A stretch of 64,000 bases of DNA, taken from contig OZ210885.1 in the NCBI GenBank assembly GCA_964658305.1, positions 2,170,001 through 2,234,000 on the forward strand, given 5' to 3'. How positions within the stretch are numbered: the first letter of the stretch is position 1; each line of letters begins with the position of its first letter. Source of the stretch: Leptogorgia sarmentosa. Taxonomy: Eukaryota. A program made the position numbers and the translations under genes. Of this stretch, positions 50,301 through 61,690 are shown piece after piece. A model generated the notes under the pieces. The model did no database searches. It was not told where the DNA came from and saw nothing but the letters and a program-made list of their open reading frames with translations.

Positions 50301-53300
50301 CATTGGAGCTAATATCTTCCATTGGCTGTTCTTTATCCCTGATTGGAATATTTCTCACCATACTAATTTACGCCGTTCTGTGGAAAAGACTGACCACCAA
50401 GAGCAACATACCTTCCCAAGTGCTGATGCACCTTTGTGTAGCCATTGGAATGACTGATATTTTTGCTATCTTGGCTGGTCCTGCACGAAATAACGAGGTA
50501 AACACAAAGATAAATTCCTGGAAACACGATGTGGAAAAATGCTTGATAAAATCTATGATGTGTAATTGATAGCTTTGCATGGCGAATATTAATTGTGGAT
50601 AGTTTTTATAGATACACCATTATGTTTATTTATTAAGACTCAGGCCATCATCAGAGATGAAATACAAAAACATTTCGGCAAATTAATTTAACGTTTGTAT
50701 TTCATCTCTGATAATAGCCGAGTCTTACGGGCCGAAAGCTCAGATTTTTAATAAATAAACATTGTATATCCATAAAAAGCTATCCACAAAAATCTTTGAT
50801 GATTTTGAAAATACTTTATTGCATTTTCTTTACACACATATAGAAAGAAACAAATTCCGAAAAATAAGTTCATTTTGCAATTCAAAACATGAACAAAACA
50901 AGACAAACAATTGAAACTGTAAATTTTCGACTTTATTTCAAAGTCACTGTCTTAAGGCTGCTTTACAGTTGCGCGTTATACGGGAATTTAGACTTTTACT
51001 TGCGTACGTGTGAAAACGCGTATAACTGGAAAGCAGCCTTTACTCTGTCGACGATGACTTTGAAATAAAGTCGAAAATTTACAGTTTCAATTGTTTGTCT
51101 TGTTTCGTTCATATTTTGAACGCAGGATGCCTTTATTTTTCGGAATTCCTTTTCGAAATAATTCTCAGAATTTCTTTCTATACTTTAAAGGTGATGTCCA
51201 CTCCGTTCTGCGCATCGGTTCTGCTCATAACAAATCGGGACCCGCAGATATAACATTGCAAAAATTTTGTAATGTTCCGAACTTTTTTTGAATCAAAACT
51301 CTGGTTTATATCCATTTATGACCATAGCAAACCAAAACAGCGTTAGATATGCTGTTAGTATTATCATATTTTACAAATATAGCTGTTCAAAATGTCAACA
51401 AAGCATTTGTTTACATTATGAGTGGAGGGCACCTTTAATAAATGGTGGGTTGGCCGTGTTTTTCTTTATAGACATATTGTACAGCGGTATCAATATTACT
51501 ATATTTCTCCATCCTCGCCGTGTTTGGCTGGATGTTATGTGAAGGAATAGTAATTTACCTTCGACTTGTAAACGTCTTCACTGGTTTGGGATTAGGAGGA
51601 ACGCATCTGAAGTTTTTTTACTTGATTGGGTGGGGTAAGTGAAATTAGTCTTTCTCACTTCAAAAACTTTGCGACCAGGCTTTACAAAGTCATTTTTTTA
51701 CGATTCTTTTTTTCAAGAAAATGTAAATAAATACAATAAATACAATCTTTTTTCATTGGGGCTGAAAATTCTCGCATAGTTATCGAAAATGACTGATTTG
51801 CTGAATATGATAAAATTGTTTCAAATTTCGTTTTCTTTCCATACAGTTCAATCGTTTTGCCACCAAAAGATGCCGGATTTTTGTAAAAACGAGCTGGTTT
51901 CCATTAATATTGGTTTTCATCATTTCATTCAATAGGTATTCCTGCTGTAGTCGTTTCAGTGTTGGTTGGAATAAATAACACAAAGGATTTTATAACAGAG
52001 GGTACATGTTGGTGCACCAGTGGCGGATCAATATTCTGGACATTTGCTGTAATTGTTACTTGTATTCTTTTGGTAAGCTCATAATTCAACGAGAATTTTC
52101 AGCGGGCGCAGTTTACACCACAAGTTAGCATATGCAATTGAAATACCATCACGAGCTGATCATGACTAAGAGTGATTACGTTATTCAGTGAAGTGCATTA
52201 TACACTAGTGAATACATTCTCTAGTGCATATACGTAGTTTAATAAAAACGTACAGTGCCGGATTACCATATAGGCTGACAAGGCTTAGGTCAACAGACTA
52301 CAGGGTGTCCCAAAAAAACGAAACCTAATTCGATGAAATTTTCATTCACAATGCTGTAATTATTATTCACATTAGTTCAACGAAATTGATATTTTGGTGA
52401 CTCTGGGATTTCCTATTTTGTGTAGAGCATAAGTAAAAGCAAAACTGGGTAAAATTACTGTAATACAACAAAGCTATTTTGTTTTTAATTAATACATAAT
52501 TACTTATGCGTGTTCCGTTTTTTCTCTGTACAACCCCGTGCATGACTATTAATTGTTATATAATACTTCGCTACATCCAAGTTTTTTAATTGGTTAATTC
52601 TGGTCACATGAAATTGAAAAGAAAGTCCCATTTTCCAAGAGTGCAATAGCACGAATACTATTGCACTCTGGAGAGTATTCGTACTGTTGCACTCTACTGA
52701 TGTTTTCATATGTTTTCAACACGCTTTTCGCACAGTGATCGCAGTTTATTTACACCGTTTATTATCTTATAGTTTTTTTAATAAACTGTTCTTGAAAAGC
52801 TATAGCCTATTTTGGTATCATATAAAACAAATAATGAATGTTTTTATTCGTGCAATGGTAAGAATATTTTCATTCATCTTTCACCTCTTGAAAATATTCT
52901 TGCCATTACACTCATAAACATTCATTATTTGTGTAGCATAAAAGTCACGCACTAGTAATTGGTGCTGGAGAACTGACATATCTTGAGAAAAACCTTATCT
53001 GGCCACTCAATTTCTACTAAAATATTCAGACACTTAACTTGATAATTAAATTTTTGTTCTTTTCAAATTCAGATAAACGTAGTTGTCTTTGTTCTGGCCT
53101 TGCGAAATACTCTATCCTCCAGCCAAGTCGGACTGAGAGCACAGGGGGGAAATACAACAACAGCCAAAGCATCTGCTCAAGAATTATTGAGAAAAGTAAA
53201 AGTTGGCCTCAGAGGGTCGGCCATACTACTTCCATTACTTGGACTGACGTGGGTGTTTGGATTACTGGTTTTCAACCGAGACACGATTGTGTTCAAATAT

Positions 53301-54011
53301 CTTTTTGCTATTTGTAATTCTTTACAAGGAGTAGTGGTATTTGTTTTCCATGTTCTCATTAACACAAAGGTAGCTATGTTAAATAATTATTTGGTCTGTA
53401 TAGATAATCATGCAGTAGCAAGTATACAAGCGCTTAAAGCGTTTAATCCAGCTCTTTTTAGCAATAATTATTTATCTTTTTAGCCAAATATTCTTTCTCA
53501 TTCCTGTCAGATTTTAGGCACAATTAATTTTGGTGCTTTTTTCGTACTTTCTTGAGCAATTTCAATTCCTTTAGAGCAATCTGGTTGGTGTTTAACTAAC
53601 TGATTATGAGTATTCAATAATTCTCAAATATTCATTTTTGTCTTGAAGGTCCATGATGCAATAAGTAAAATAAAGAAAGACATTTTTGTCCTGAAGGTCT
53701 ATGAAGCAATGAGTAAAATAAAGAAAATATACTCAAGAACCAGAACCGTTACCTGGGCACCAAGCGTTAACTGTAAGTATGAGTGATTATAAATTATGGG
53801 ACTATGTTATAACGTGACTAAATAGTAAGTATGCGTAATAATGAGAAACACACCTTAATTACAGTCTTTACTGTATTGAAGTATTGAAGTGAATTAGGCT
53901 GCGTATTTACCTTCAATATAGAAATAATAAGTAACCCTACTCTTATATGTAGGTGACACATTACGCCATGAACTTCAAGAAAGAATTCCAGCAGCCAAAC
54001 GCAAGCAGTAA
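44393..54011 (+). CDS. Adhesion GPCR (D8C/UMOD-like N-terminal domain, Thr-rich stalk, GAIN/GPS, secretin-type 7TM), about 948 aa
   Basis: Phase-consistent exons: 44393-44915, 46433-46920, 47712-47981, 48660-49064, 49482-49643 (CVYW..W...GC...TCECDHLTAFA, the GPS), 50279-50497 (IGCSLSL), 51472-51634 (FGWMLCEG..IGWG), 51936-52072, 53073-53369 (LLPLLGLTWVFG..FAICNSLQG), 53649-53772, 53953-54011. Confidence 0.92.
48013..48126. mobile_element. Short Harbinger-type MITE
   Basis: TTA-GGCTTGGTTCAGACG ... CGTGTGAACTGGGCC-TTA, imperfect TIRs. Confidence 0.55.
50592..50790. mobile_element. Inverted pair of Penelope-type termini with a minimal hammerhead motif
   Basis: Plus strand 50705-50744 reads TCT-CTGATAA-TAGCC...GGGCC-GAAA-GCTC-AGA. 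The inverted partial copy at about 50638-50660 has an intact CTGATGA. Confidence 0.6.
52555..52935 (+). mobile_element. Deleted copy of the 475-bp Crypton-like family seen at 61735-62686, in opposite orientation
   Basis: Shares GAGTGCAATAG..CGAATACTATTGCACTCT and the CAAATAATGAATGTT...GTGCAATGGTAAGAATATTTTCA terminal hairpin. Confidence 0.75.
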
Positions 54012-54376
54012 ATGATAATTAATATTATACCCTGGAGAATGACACGTTCAAGGGAGCATAAACATCAGTTTGAAGTAAATACGAACTGCATGGTATTTTT
54101 AGAAAGCGCTTTATGATCATATCGCTCCATAAACATGATAAACATGATAGAATCTAATGTTATTTTGCACTAGGCAAACAAAACAACCAATGAATTTAAT
54201 TTAATTTAAATTAAATTATTTCTACGCAGCCCTGATAAAATTGCCGAGGGCGTCGACATCTCCAATTTAGCAGAAGAAATAGGTAGACCAAAGTTACAAT
54301 ACCATTTCAAGATAATCTTCGATTCTTTGCAACAATTTATTGATACCGTGAATGTTCATTCATTCGCAAACCGATA

Positions 54377-54558
54377 CAGTGGCGACGGCAAGATTGGGGG
54401 GGGGGGGGGGGGGGGTAGCAAGGTGCGCGCTATTGTCTTCTATTTCAGATAGCCCATAATTTTTCATAGCGGGTATGGACCTCCAGCTTTAGCATGGCCG
54501 ATTTCGCAAAATTTGGATTTACCCCCTCCCCCCCAATAAAATCATGGCGACGCCACTG
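54377..54558. mobile_element. hAT-type MITE with 8-bp TSD
   Basis: AACCGATA|CAGTGGCGACG ... CGACGCCACTG|AACCGATA. Confidence 0.85.
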
Positions 54559-55407
54559 AACCGATACTGTTTAATATAATGCTAAAATTGAAACACTCAA
54601 GGCACAAAGAGTAAAGGCAAAAAAGAAAAAAATGTTTGAAAACTGTTTCGGTGACCTACTAACTATGAAGGTGGAGTGTTGCACTACAGTCTCTGTCAGA
54701 GCTCTAGTTAAATACGTTTGCCAGCTTTGGTAGACCAAGAACATACAATATGAAAATGAACTTAATGTATTTAATATAACTTTAGTGAAAATTTTCCGCC
54801 AGAAAATATTCTATAAGAGAAAGCAAATCGCTTTTAAATTTTAAAAGAAATATCTCCCAACATGTTGCCTGTAAATAGTATTATAGTTATAGCGTAGCCT
54901 AAAATACTTGAATATTTTTGTCCTTAATTACATTTTTAATCGTAATAACTTATACTGCTTAGTCCATACATGCTCGTTGTGAAATCAATCTTTGCTGGCA
55001 ATTTTCCCGTGGGTAAACAAATTATCATTACTGTTATCATATTTATCAACCAAAAACGCTACTCATATACCAGGGCAAAACGATTTTTAACAATTTTGTG
55101 CAGCGTAGTGATATAGACGCGATAACTTTCTGTGACTTATTACATCAATGTAATCAAATTTCTTATTCTTTGACTAATTAAATAAAATCAACAGATTAAT
55201 AGGTTATTTAGAATTTTATTTATTAATACAAACTTCAGACAAAAATTACACATTACGTATCTAATTAAACCATTTTTTACATCTACCACTGTTTCTGTAA
55301 AAACATTTACCCGTCAAAATTACTTGTTCACTAAATCTATATTACTTTGACACATATACTGTATCCCTAGCAATTAATGTGGTGAAAGGCAAACAATAAA
55401 AAAGGTT

Positions 55408-58400
55408 TCATGCGATTTCCAAGTGTTTCCATGTTAGTATTCCAATAACCATCCCAATGAGCACGTGCAAGCTCGGAGCAATTGGTGTGTTGCCAATATT
55501 ATTGGTGCCGGGAGTTGTATGATTTATGATCCTAGATTCCGATATGCGATACTCGTACGTCAGGGTATCATTATTTTTTGGCTTGAGCGAATCAGCTCCG
55601 ACAGGAGAGAGTTTGCCATTTAGATAGATAAACCAGTAAAAATTTGTTGTTTTGTTTTCTTCTACGCAACAAATAGTTGTGATGTAGCGGCCAAAATCGA
55701 AATTTGTATAATTAAAGATATAGCATGGGTTGACCTGAGCGGCAAGTTGAAGAAATTCAAAAGCTGTCGTTCCATTTGCGGCAACCACTTGTTCCGCAGG
55801 AAGAACATTTGGGTCAGGATAATTGGTAAAAGTTAGCTTGACTGAGACGGATATCTGAAAAATAAACAAGTAAATATTATGAAAATTATCGTAAAATTAC
55901 ACACGAAAGCAACTTTTTTATATTTTGTCACAGGACAAAAAAGATAAGCGTTTTGGGGCATACAATAATTATTTTGTAATTATTAGTGTCGCTGGGGGTG
56001 ATCGCGAAATCTCAAGTGGGAAAGGTTTGCAATTTATCAATGGACCATTCCCCATCAAACAAACCCCTAAATTTGGAAAATTAATTGCTAATCATTAGCA
56101 CAGCTGGAAAAAGCATCCTAAATTTAGCAAAACTGTGACGTTTCGTTACCACAAGGTCTAGCTCTAAACCTTTTTACAACTAACTGCTGCATTTAATTAT
56201 TCATTAGCTACCGAAACAAATGGACCATCCCTCTATAGGAATTCATATTGTTGAATTTGGAAAATTCCTTAGCACAGCTAGAAAGACAGGAGCTAGAGAA
56301 TCACAGATTTAATGAAATTGGGTTGCCAAATATCGTAAACTTTGTGAAATAAAGTCATGTGAAGTTGCAAAAATTATGACAACGCTTCGATTGAATATTA
56401 TGGTAACATTTCGACAAACAATCAGATTTGAAAACATTTAATCGCCCATTCAGAAATTTTTGCTCACAACACCGCTCCTCGCTGTAAGCAATCTTCCCTT
56501 TTAGCACGCTATCGTCTGTAGGTTTGCGTTTATTCTACCAACAGTCTTTCCAGTTCTCTGCCTTGCGGACGCTCATTTCTTTACGTTGCTCGTACTCGTT
56601 TAGACAAAGTAAATCTTGTACAAAATAACCAGGCTCAGGAAGAGACTTGGTGAGAACTTACTGTTTTATTTCCACCAAGATTTCCTTCCACTCCTGTTTC
56701 ATTATTGGTTTGTAGTCCTGATTAAAATTATAAAAAGAGATAATAATTCAAACATGGCGGAAGCTGTAGATATCGATATTACGAGCGCGTACTGCGATGT
56801 ATTCTTTGCTCGGTCCTTTCTATTTTCGGTATAATATCATTTATATACACTCCGCTCGGGTGATTCGACGAAATATTACCCGAAGATCATGGTATTTCCC
56901 TGGGACAATGATCATCGTGTAATATTTCGTCGAATCACCCCAGCGGAGGGTATATAAATGATAAGTATTTCAGGATTCTGTATGTATACAAAAATTGAGT
57001 GGATAAATTTTGCATTTCTTCCATAAATTTAAATTGTTGTTATGTTAGAATTTCGTACATTATTTTTTTTCCGGTCCGGTATCCATACCTTTTAGCCAAT
57101 CAGATTGCTTCGTTTGCGGTCCGGTTTTTCACGATACGGACCGCACAACCGGACCGCTAACGGTTTTTTAAACGAATATGTCGAATAGTTTTGATTATTT
57201 AAGTGACTCACTATATATTTACATATATGTATATATATATATATATATTTAATTCAAAAACAACTGATTTCGAAACAAATCAGTCGGGCAGAATACATAA
57301 ATATACACGCACCCGCGCTGATTAACGCTCTAGCTTCGTCCCAGCACGTGTAAAAATTATGATTTATTCAAGGTTGTTGAAAACAGGATGCATGTAACAG
57401 TGTAATTGTGCTACCTACATTTTTATTATTTGTTAACAATATTGTCCATAATTGTTGGGCGTGAATAAATTAGGTGTAACAATGTACTAAAAATTTCATT
57501 ACGCGTGTACTCCAATTTTAGAAATTTTCATTGAGTATTCGAACGATTGCAAACAAACCTGGTTGCGACGTCTCTGTATGATTATCATAAGTAGAGCTGG
57601 AGAACTGATACTCGAACCTGAGAACATCTCCATTGTTTGGAATAAGAAAATCCACTCCAACTGGTGAGAGGGTGTTATTGATGTAGATGAACCAATAGAA
57701 ATCAGATGTCTTGTTCTGTGTAACACAGCATATCGTTGTGATATAACGACCAAGATTTGGATCCGTTATATACTCGGAAAGATAGCATGGATTTTGTTGA
57801 GAAGCCAGTTGAAGAAAATCAAAGGCAGTAGATCCTGATGCAGCAGTGATGTTCAGTGCTGGTATGACATCCTCGTTTGTAAGATCACTGAAACTAAGTT
57901 GGACAGTGACTGAAATCAGAGCCTGGCAAAAGAAACATAAATGGTTAGGCATGTTTTAGTCAAGAGTCTCAATGTTGCCGCAAAACATCGTTTCAATTTG
58001 ATTCATACTTTCTTTATTTTAACTGCATCTTTTTGGACTGCGAGCGGAGGGCTGTTTGTACAGAATCAGAAATTTTGATCATATTTGTCGCTATAGTTAT
58101 CAGTGTCAAACGATGATATTCTCCATTTCACTGCATGTTTCATTGAAAGATTTCAAGTTGGACCTTCAAAACGTGGGAGAGGAATGCCTGTAAGACGTCC
58201 TGCCCGCCACACCCCCCCCCCCCCACAATATCAGATCTTACCCCACAACTAATCGCCCTGTTTGCCCTGTTACTTTGTGTCGAAAGTGCGCGACCAGTTC
58301 AGAGAGAAACGATAATAATGTGATTTTAAGCAGTGATCATTTGCAAGGAGAACGCGGGAGAACGCCGTTCCTCCTTATTCTCGTCGGGGGAACGCCTCTC

Positions 58401-59004
58401 CTCCTGATAAAAACCAAACGTGGGGGAAGACATTCCTTTTGCCAAGAACAAACCCCAATGAACCGCAAACGTAGCATTACACTATGCTTGTCAGGGTACG
58501 CGACCATCCTGAAATTACTTTCTTCACGTTTTTTACTAATCCGAATGCTGTTCGTAACTTACATACTTGCATAAGCAACTTCAAAATGAATTTGAACTTT
58601 TCCGTATTTTTGTAGCCTCTTGGTAGCCAAAGTGGTAAATAATAATATTATTATTATATTAACGAAATTAAAAGAGGCCACGCCCAATTTACTTTCATGG
58701 CCCGTGGCCACATCGATTCGACTGTCAAGGGCTTTCTCCCACTTTCTGATCACTGATTGTAACCAATCATTGTGCGCAACCGTTCCTGGTCAGCTCTTGA
58801 AAATGCTTTTTGTGTTTTTTTCGCTTACTGATTGTTTGCTTTACCAAAAATTCTCAATTATATATATTACATGTATATATTACGAGTCTTTTCATAACAG
58901 CGATATGCTCTCGCAATCCCTTGCAATCCCTTGCAATCATAATAATTATACGTACTCTAAATAGACTTATTATCATTATGTCTAACTTACCCTTCGATTC
59001 CTTC
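55408..59004 (-). CDS. Protein with two tandem transcobalamin-type C-terminal (beta / DUF4430-like) domains and a hydrophobic C-tail; first exon unresolved
   Basis: Exons 59004-58991 (14 nt, xRNRR), 57922-57559, 56717-56662 (linker) and 55854-55408 join in frame. Both domains show G-RYITTI...FYWFIY-N..LSPVG-D-L-P-N-D, the GxxIxxI / YW / G(V/A)D pattern of cobalamin-binding beta domains. The C-terminus is ...SLHVLIGMVIGILTWKHLEIA. Confidence 0.8.
56832..56965. mobile_element. Long palindrome of Crypton-like non-autonomous type
   Basis: ATCATTTATATACACTCCGCT-GGGTGATTCGACGAAATATTAC ... GTAATATTTCGTCGAATCACCCAGCGGAGGGTATATAAATGAT. Confidence 0.55.
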
Positions 59005-59827
59005 CTGAAAATAAAAACCAAGAATGAAATCAGTCAATGTATTAGTTAGAACATTTTTATTGAGATCAATTTTCATGGTATATATGTTTGCAATAGTATT
59101 CGCTATTTCCCATTTGGCTCCCCGCAAGTGGCATGCATCTACAGATTACTTGCAGGCACAGAGATCGAAAGAAACTTCGAGAGTTATAAATGAAAGAAGA
59201 AATTCATCATTTTCTTCACAATACCTCATTTAGCACTATTTATTAGTTCTATGCCTTATCCAAATAATCTTACATACTTTGCGGACTTGATAAGGAAATG
59301 ACAAGTGCATTACTGACCACGAAATTGTCCGTATTTTGACCCAGCCATAATAAATGTCATGATGAAGGCCAAGGGTGAAAATTAATATACCTGGCCATTC
59401 TTATGATAGAGTCACAGACCTTCGCGCATTTTCTCCGCGAGAATGCTGAAATGTTATTATCATTTCAGGCATTTCCTCTGTATGATATTAATACTTAATT
59501 TTTCATTTACGATATAAACGTAAGTAACCTAAGCACTTGCGTTTTTATGAGACGAACTTCAGTTTTTTCTCGAATATATTAAAACCAAAAACAGTGTATA
59601 TATATAAATACAATCGTAGTGACTGGCTTTTAATTTCATTTAACATTCATTGGGGCAAAGTTTGGTTTTATCTTCATAGTTAGACTGCATGAGATTAAGT
59701 TTGTAAACATTGAAATAAGTGAGTTAGTCATGAAGCTGTGATTTTGCGGGTTTTTGTAAACATGAACTCTGAAGCTGATGTCAGTCGTCAAGTTTGAATC
59801 ATAATTATTGTTGCGTCAATATAAAAA

Positions 59828-60232
59828 AATTTTATTGAGTAACGTTTCGTCACATTACAAGCGACATCTTCAGACTAATACAGTAAAACTATTTCATCTA
59901 TTTTATAATACATTTGAAACAAGATTAATTATGTATACACAAGATAAAAAGATTATAGTGAAAGATATATATATATATATATATATGTGGATTAGAAAAG
60001 GATTTCAAGTGGTTAGATTCATGCAGGTGGTTATAGTGGTTAGTGATTTGACGCTAACCACTTGAAATTCTTTTCTAATCCACATATATCTTTCACTAAT
60101 CTTTTTATATTGTGTATACATAATAATCTTGTTTCAAATGTACTATAAAATAGATGAAATAGCTTTACGTACTGTATCAGTCTGAAGATGTCGCTTGTAT
60201 AATGTGACGAAACGTTACTCAATAAAATTTAT
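59828..60232. mobile_element. Inverted pair of Penelope-type termini, each with a minimal hammerhead ribozyme motif
   Basis: Plus strand 60179-60219 reads AGT-CTGAAGA-T-GTCGC(loop)GTGAC-GAAA-CGTT-ACT, with a mirror copy at 59838-59876. The inverted arms are about 190 bp. Confidence 0.75.
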
Positions 60233-60738
60233 ATATACCAAATGTTTTTTTGAATATGCCTCTTTTACGAATTATTTCCTGGGCAATAATTTTTCTAACT
60301 AGAATTCGTTTCCGCCTGGTGTTTCTATTGTTTAACGCAGTGTTATGTTTGGAAATACTTTTTGCAACTTACCCATTCTCATCAAATCCCTTTCGGAGGC
60401 GAGACTTCCTTCTCGTCTCGATTGAAACGCATTTTCCGATTTGGCCAGCACAGCGAAACATAAAAACGCTGCAAATATTTGAACCAAGTCAAACTTCATC
60501 TTTGAAAGATTGTGCTGGACGTGTCTTGACAGTTTGAGATGCTATGCAGTTTGTTTAATGTGTGTACGATACTTTAGCATTGAAGGCCTCTTATATCCCA
60601 CTGGCTGACTTTAAAAGGATTACGCATGTATTTCATATTCAGCGGAAATCGCGTGCTTTCCAATATAGGATGCGTTTTCACTTACGTGTTTTGCATGTTA
60701 TTGTACTTCCAACAGCTTGTTCAAAACATGTCCAAACA

Positions 60739-61213
60739 CATGGGCGTACGGGCCGGGGGGGGGGAGGGGGTCACAGCCCCCTCCAAACCGTTCACGGTTG
60801 AGCAATTGAGCTCGAATCGTTTTCGCAAACATAATTCCATCATATAGTTGATAGAATATTAACTCTATTAGACAATGTAACATCAACAATACGATGAAAA
60901 TTATTATCCCCTAAAACATCCTATATGAAGTATTCTAATTCCAAAGCTCAAGTATTTCAGATTGAATATGTATTACATAACGAAAGAGGTATAATATGAC
61001 ACCTTGAAAATGCCATTTCCGACAATCTAGAGACCCAAAATTTTTAAAATTTTCTCGCTCGGCGCCAGCCATGGTGGCGCCTCATGAGTTTCGCCCCCCC
61101 CCCCCTTATCTGTCAGCTCCCACCCCCACTTCAAATGTCGTTCCACAGGTCCTGTTGGGCAAACAATAATGTGCCCCCCCCCCCCCAAACAAGATAGGGC
61201 CCGTACGCCCAGG
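60739..61213. mobile_element. hAT-like non-autonomous element
   Basis: CATGGGCGTACGGGCC ... GGCCCGTACGCCCAGG termini, flanked by near-duplicate (T/A)CCAAACA. Confidence 0.6.
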
Positions 61214-61690
61214 TACCAAACAGGAATCTAAATCAATATTTTCCTTTCAGAAAGTGTAAGCATTCGCTGTTGCAATATAAAAGCAGAAATTATGACCCTT
61301 TGTTCGGACAAAGTCTGCAGTCGGTCATAACAGGAAACGCAATTTAAAAGGGTTTCTGTTCAACAATATTTCGGTGACGTATTTGGCAAACCTAAATAAA
61401 TTATTTGATTGTGAGTAGAATATTGCCGCTCTTATCTGCTTCATCAACATTCCTTGATGACAACAATTGTCTGGTGGTTGAAATACATTTATAAGCGTTA
61501 TATTCAGTTCATCTTCATTCAGTTCGTATGTCATTTTGAACTATATTATTCTTAAAATATATCTTACGTATTGTTGCTGTGAGTGCCTTTTTTCTACATC
61601 AATACTAAAAGTCTTATTTTGAAGCACGGCGTAAGTGGTCTTAATTGTGATTGGAATGAAAGTGCGTTTGTAGTGATTTTTGAATTTGAT

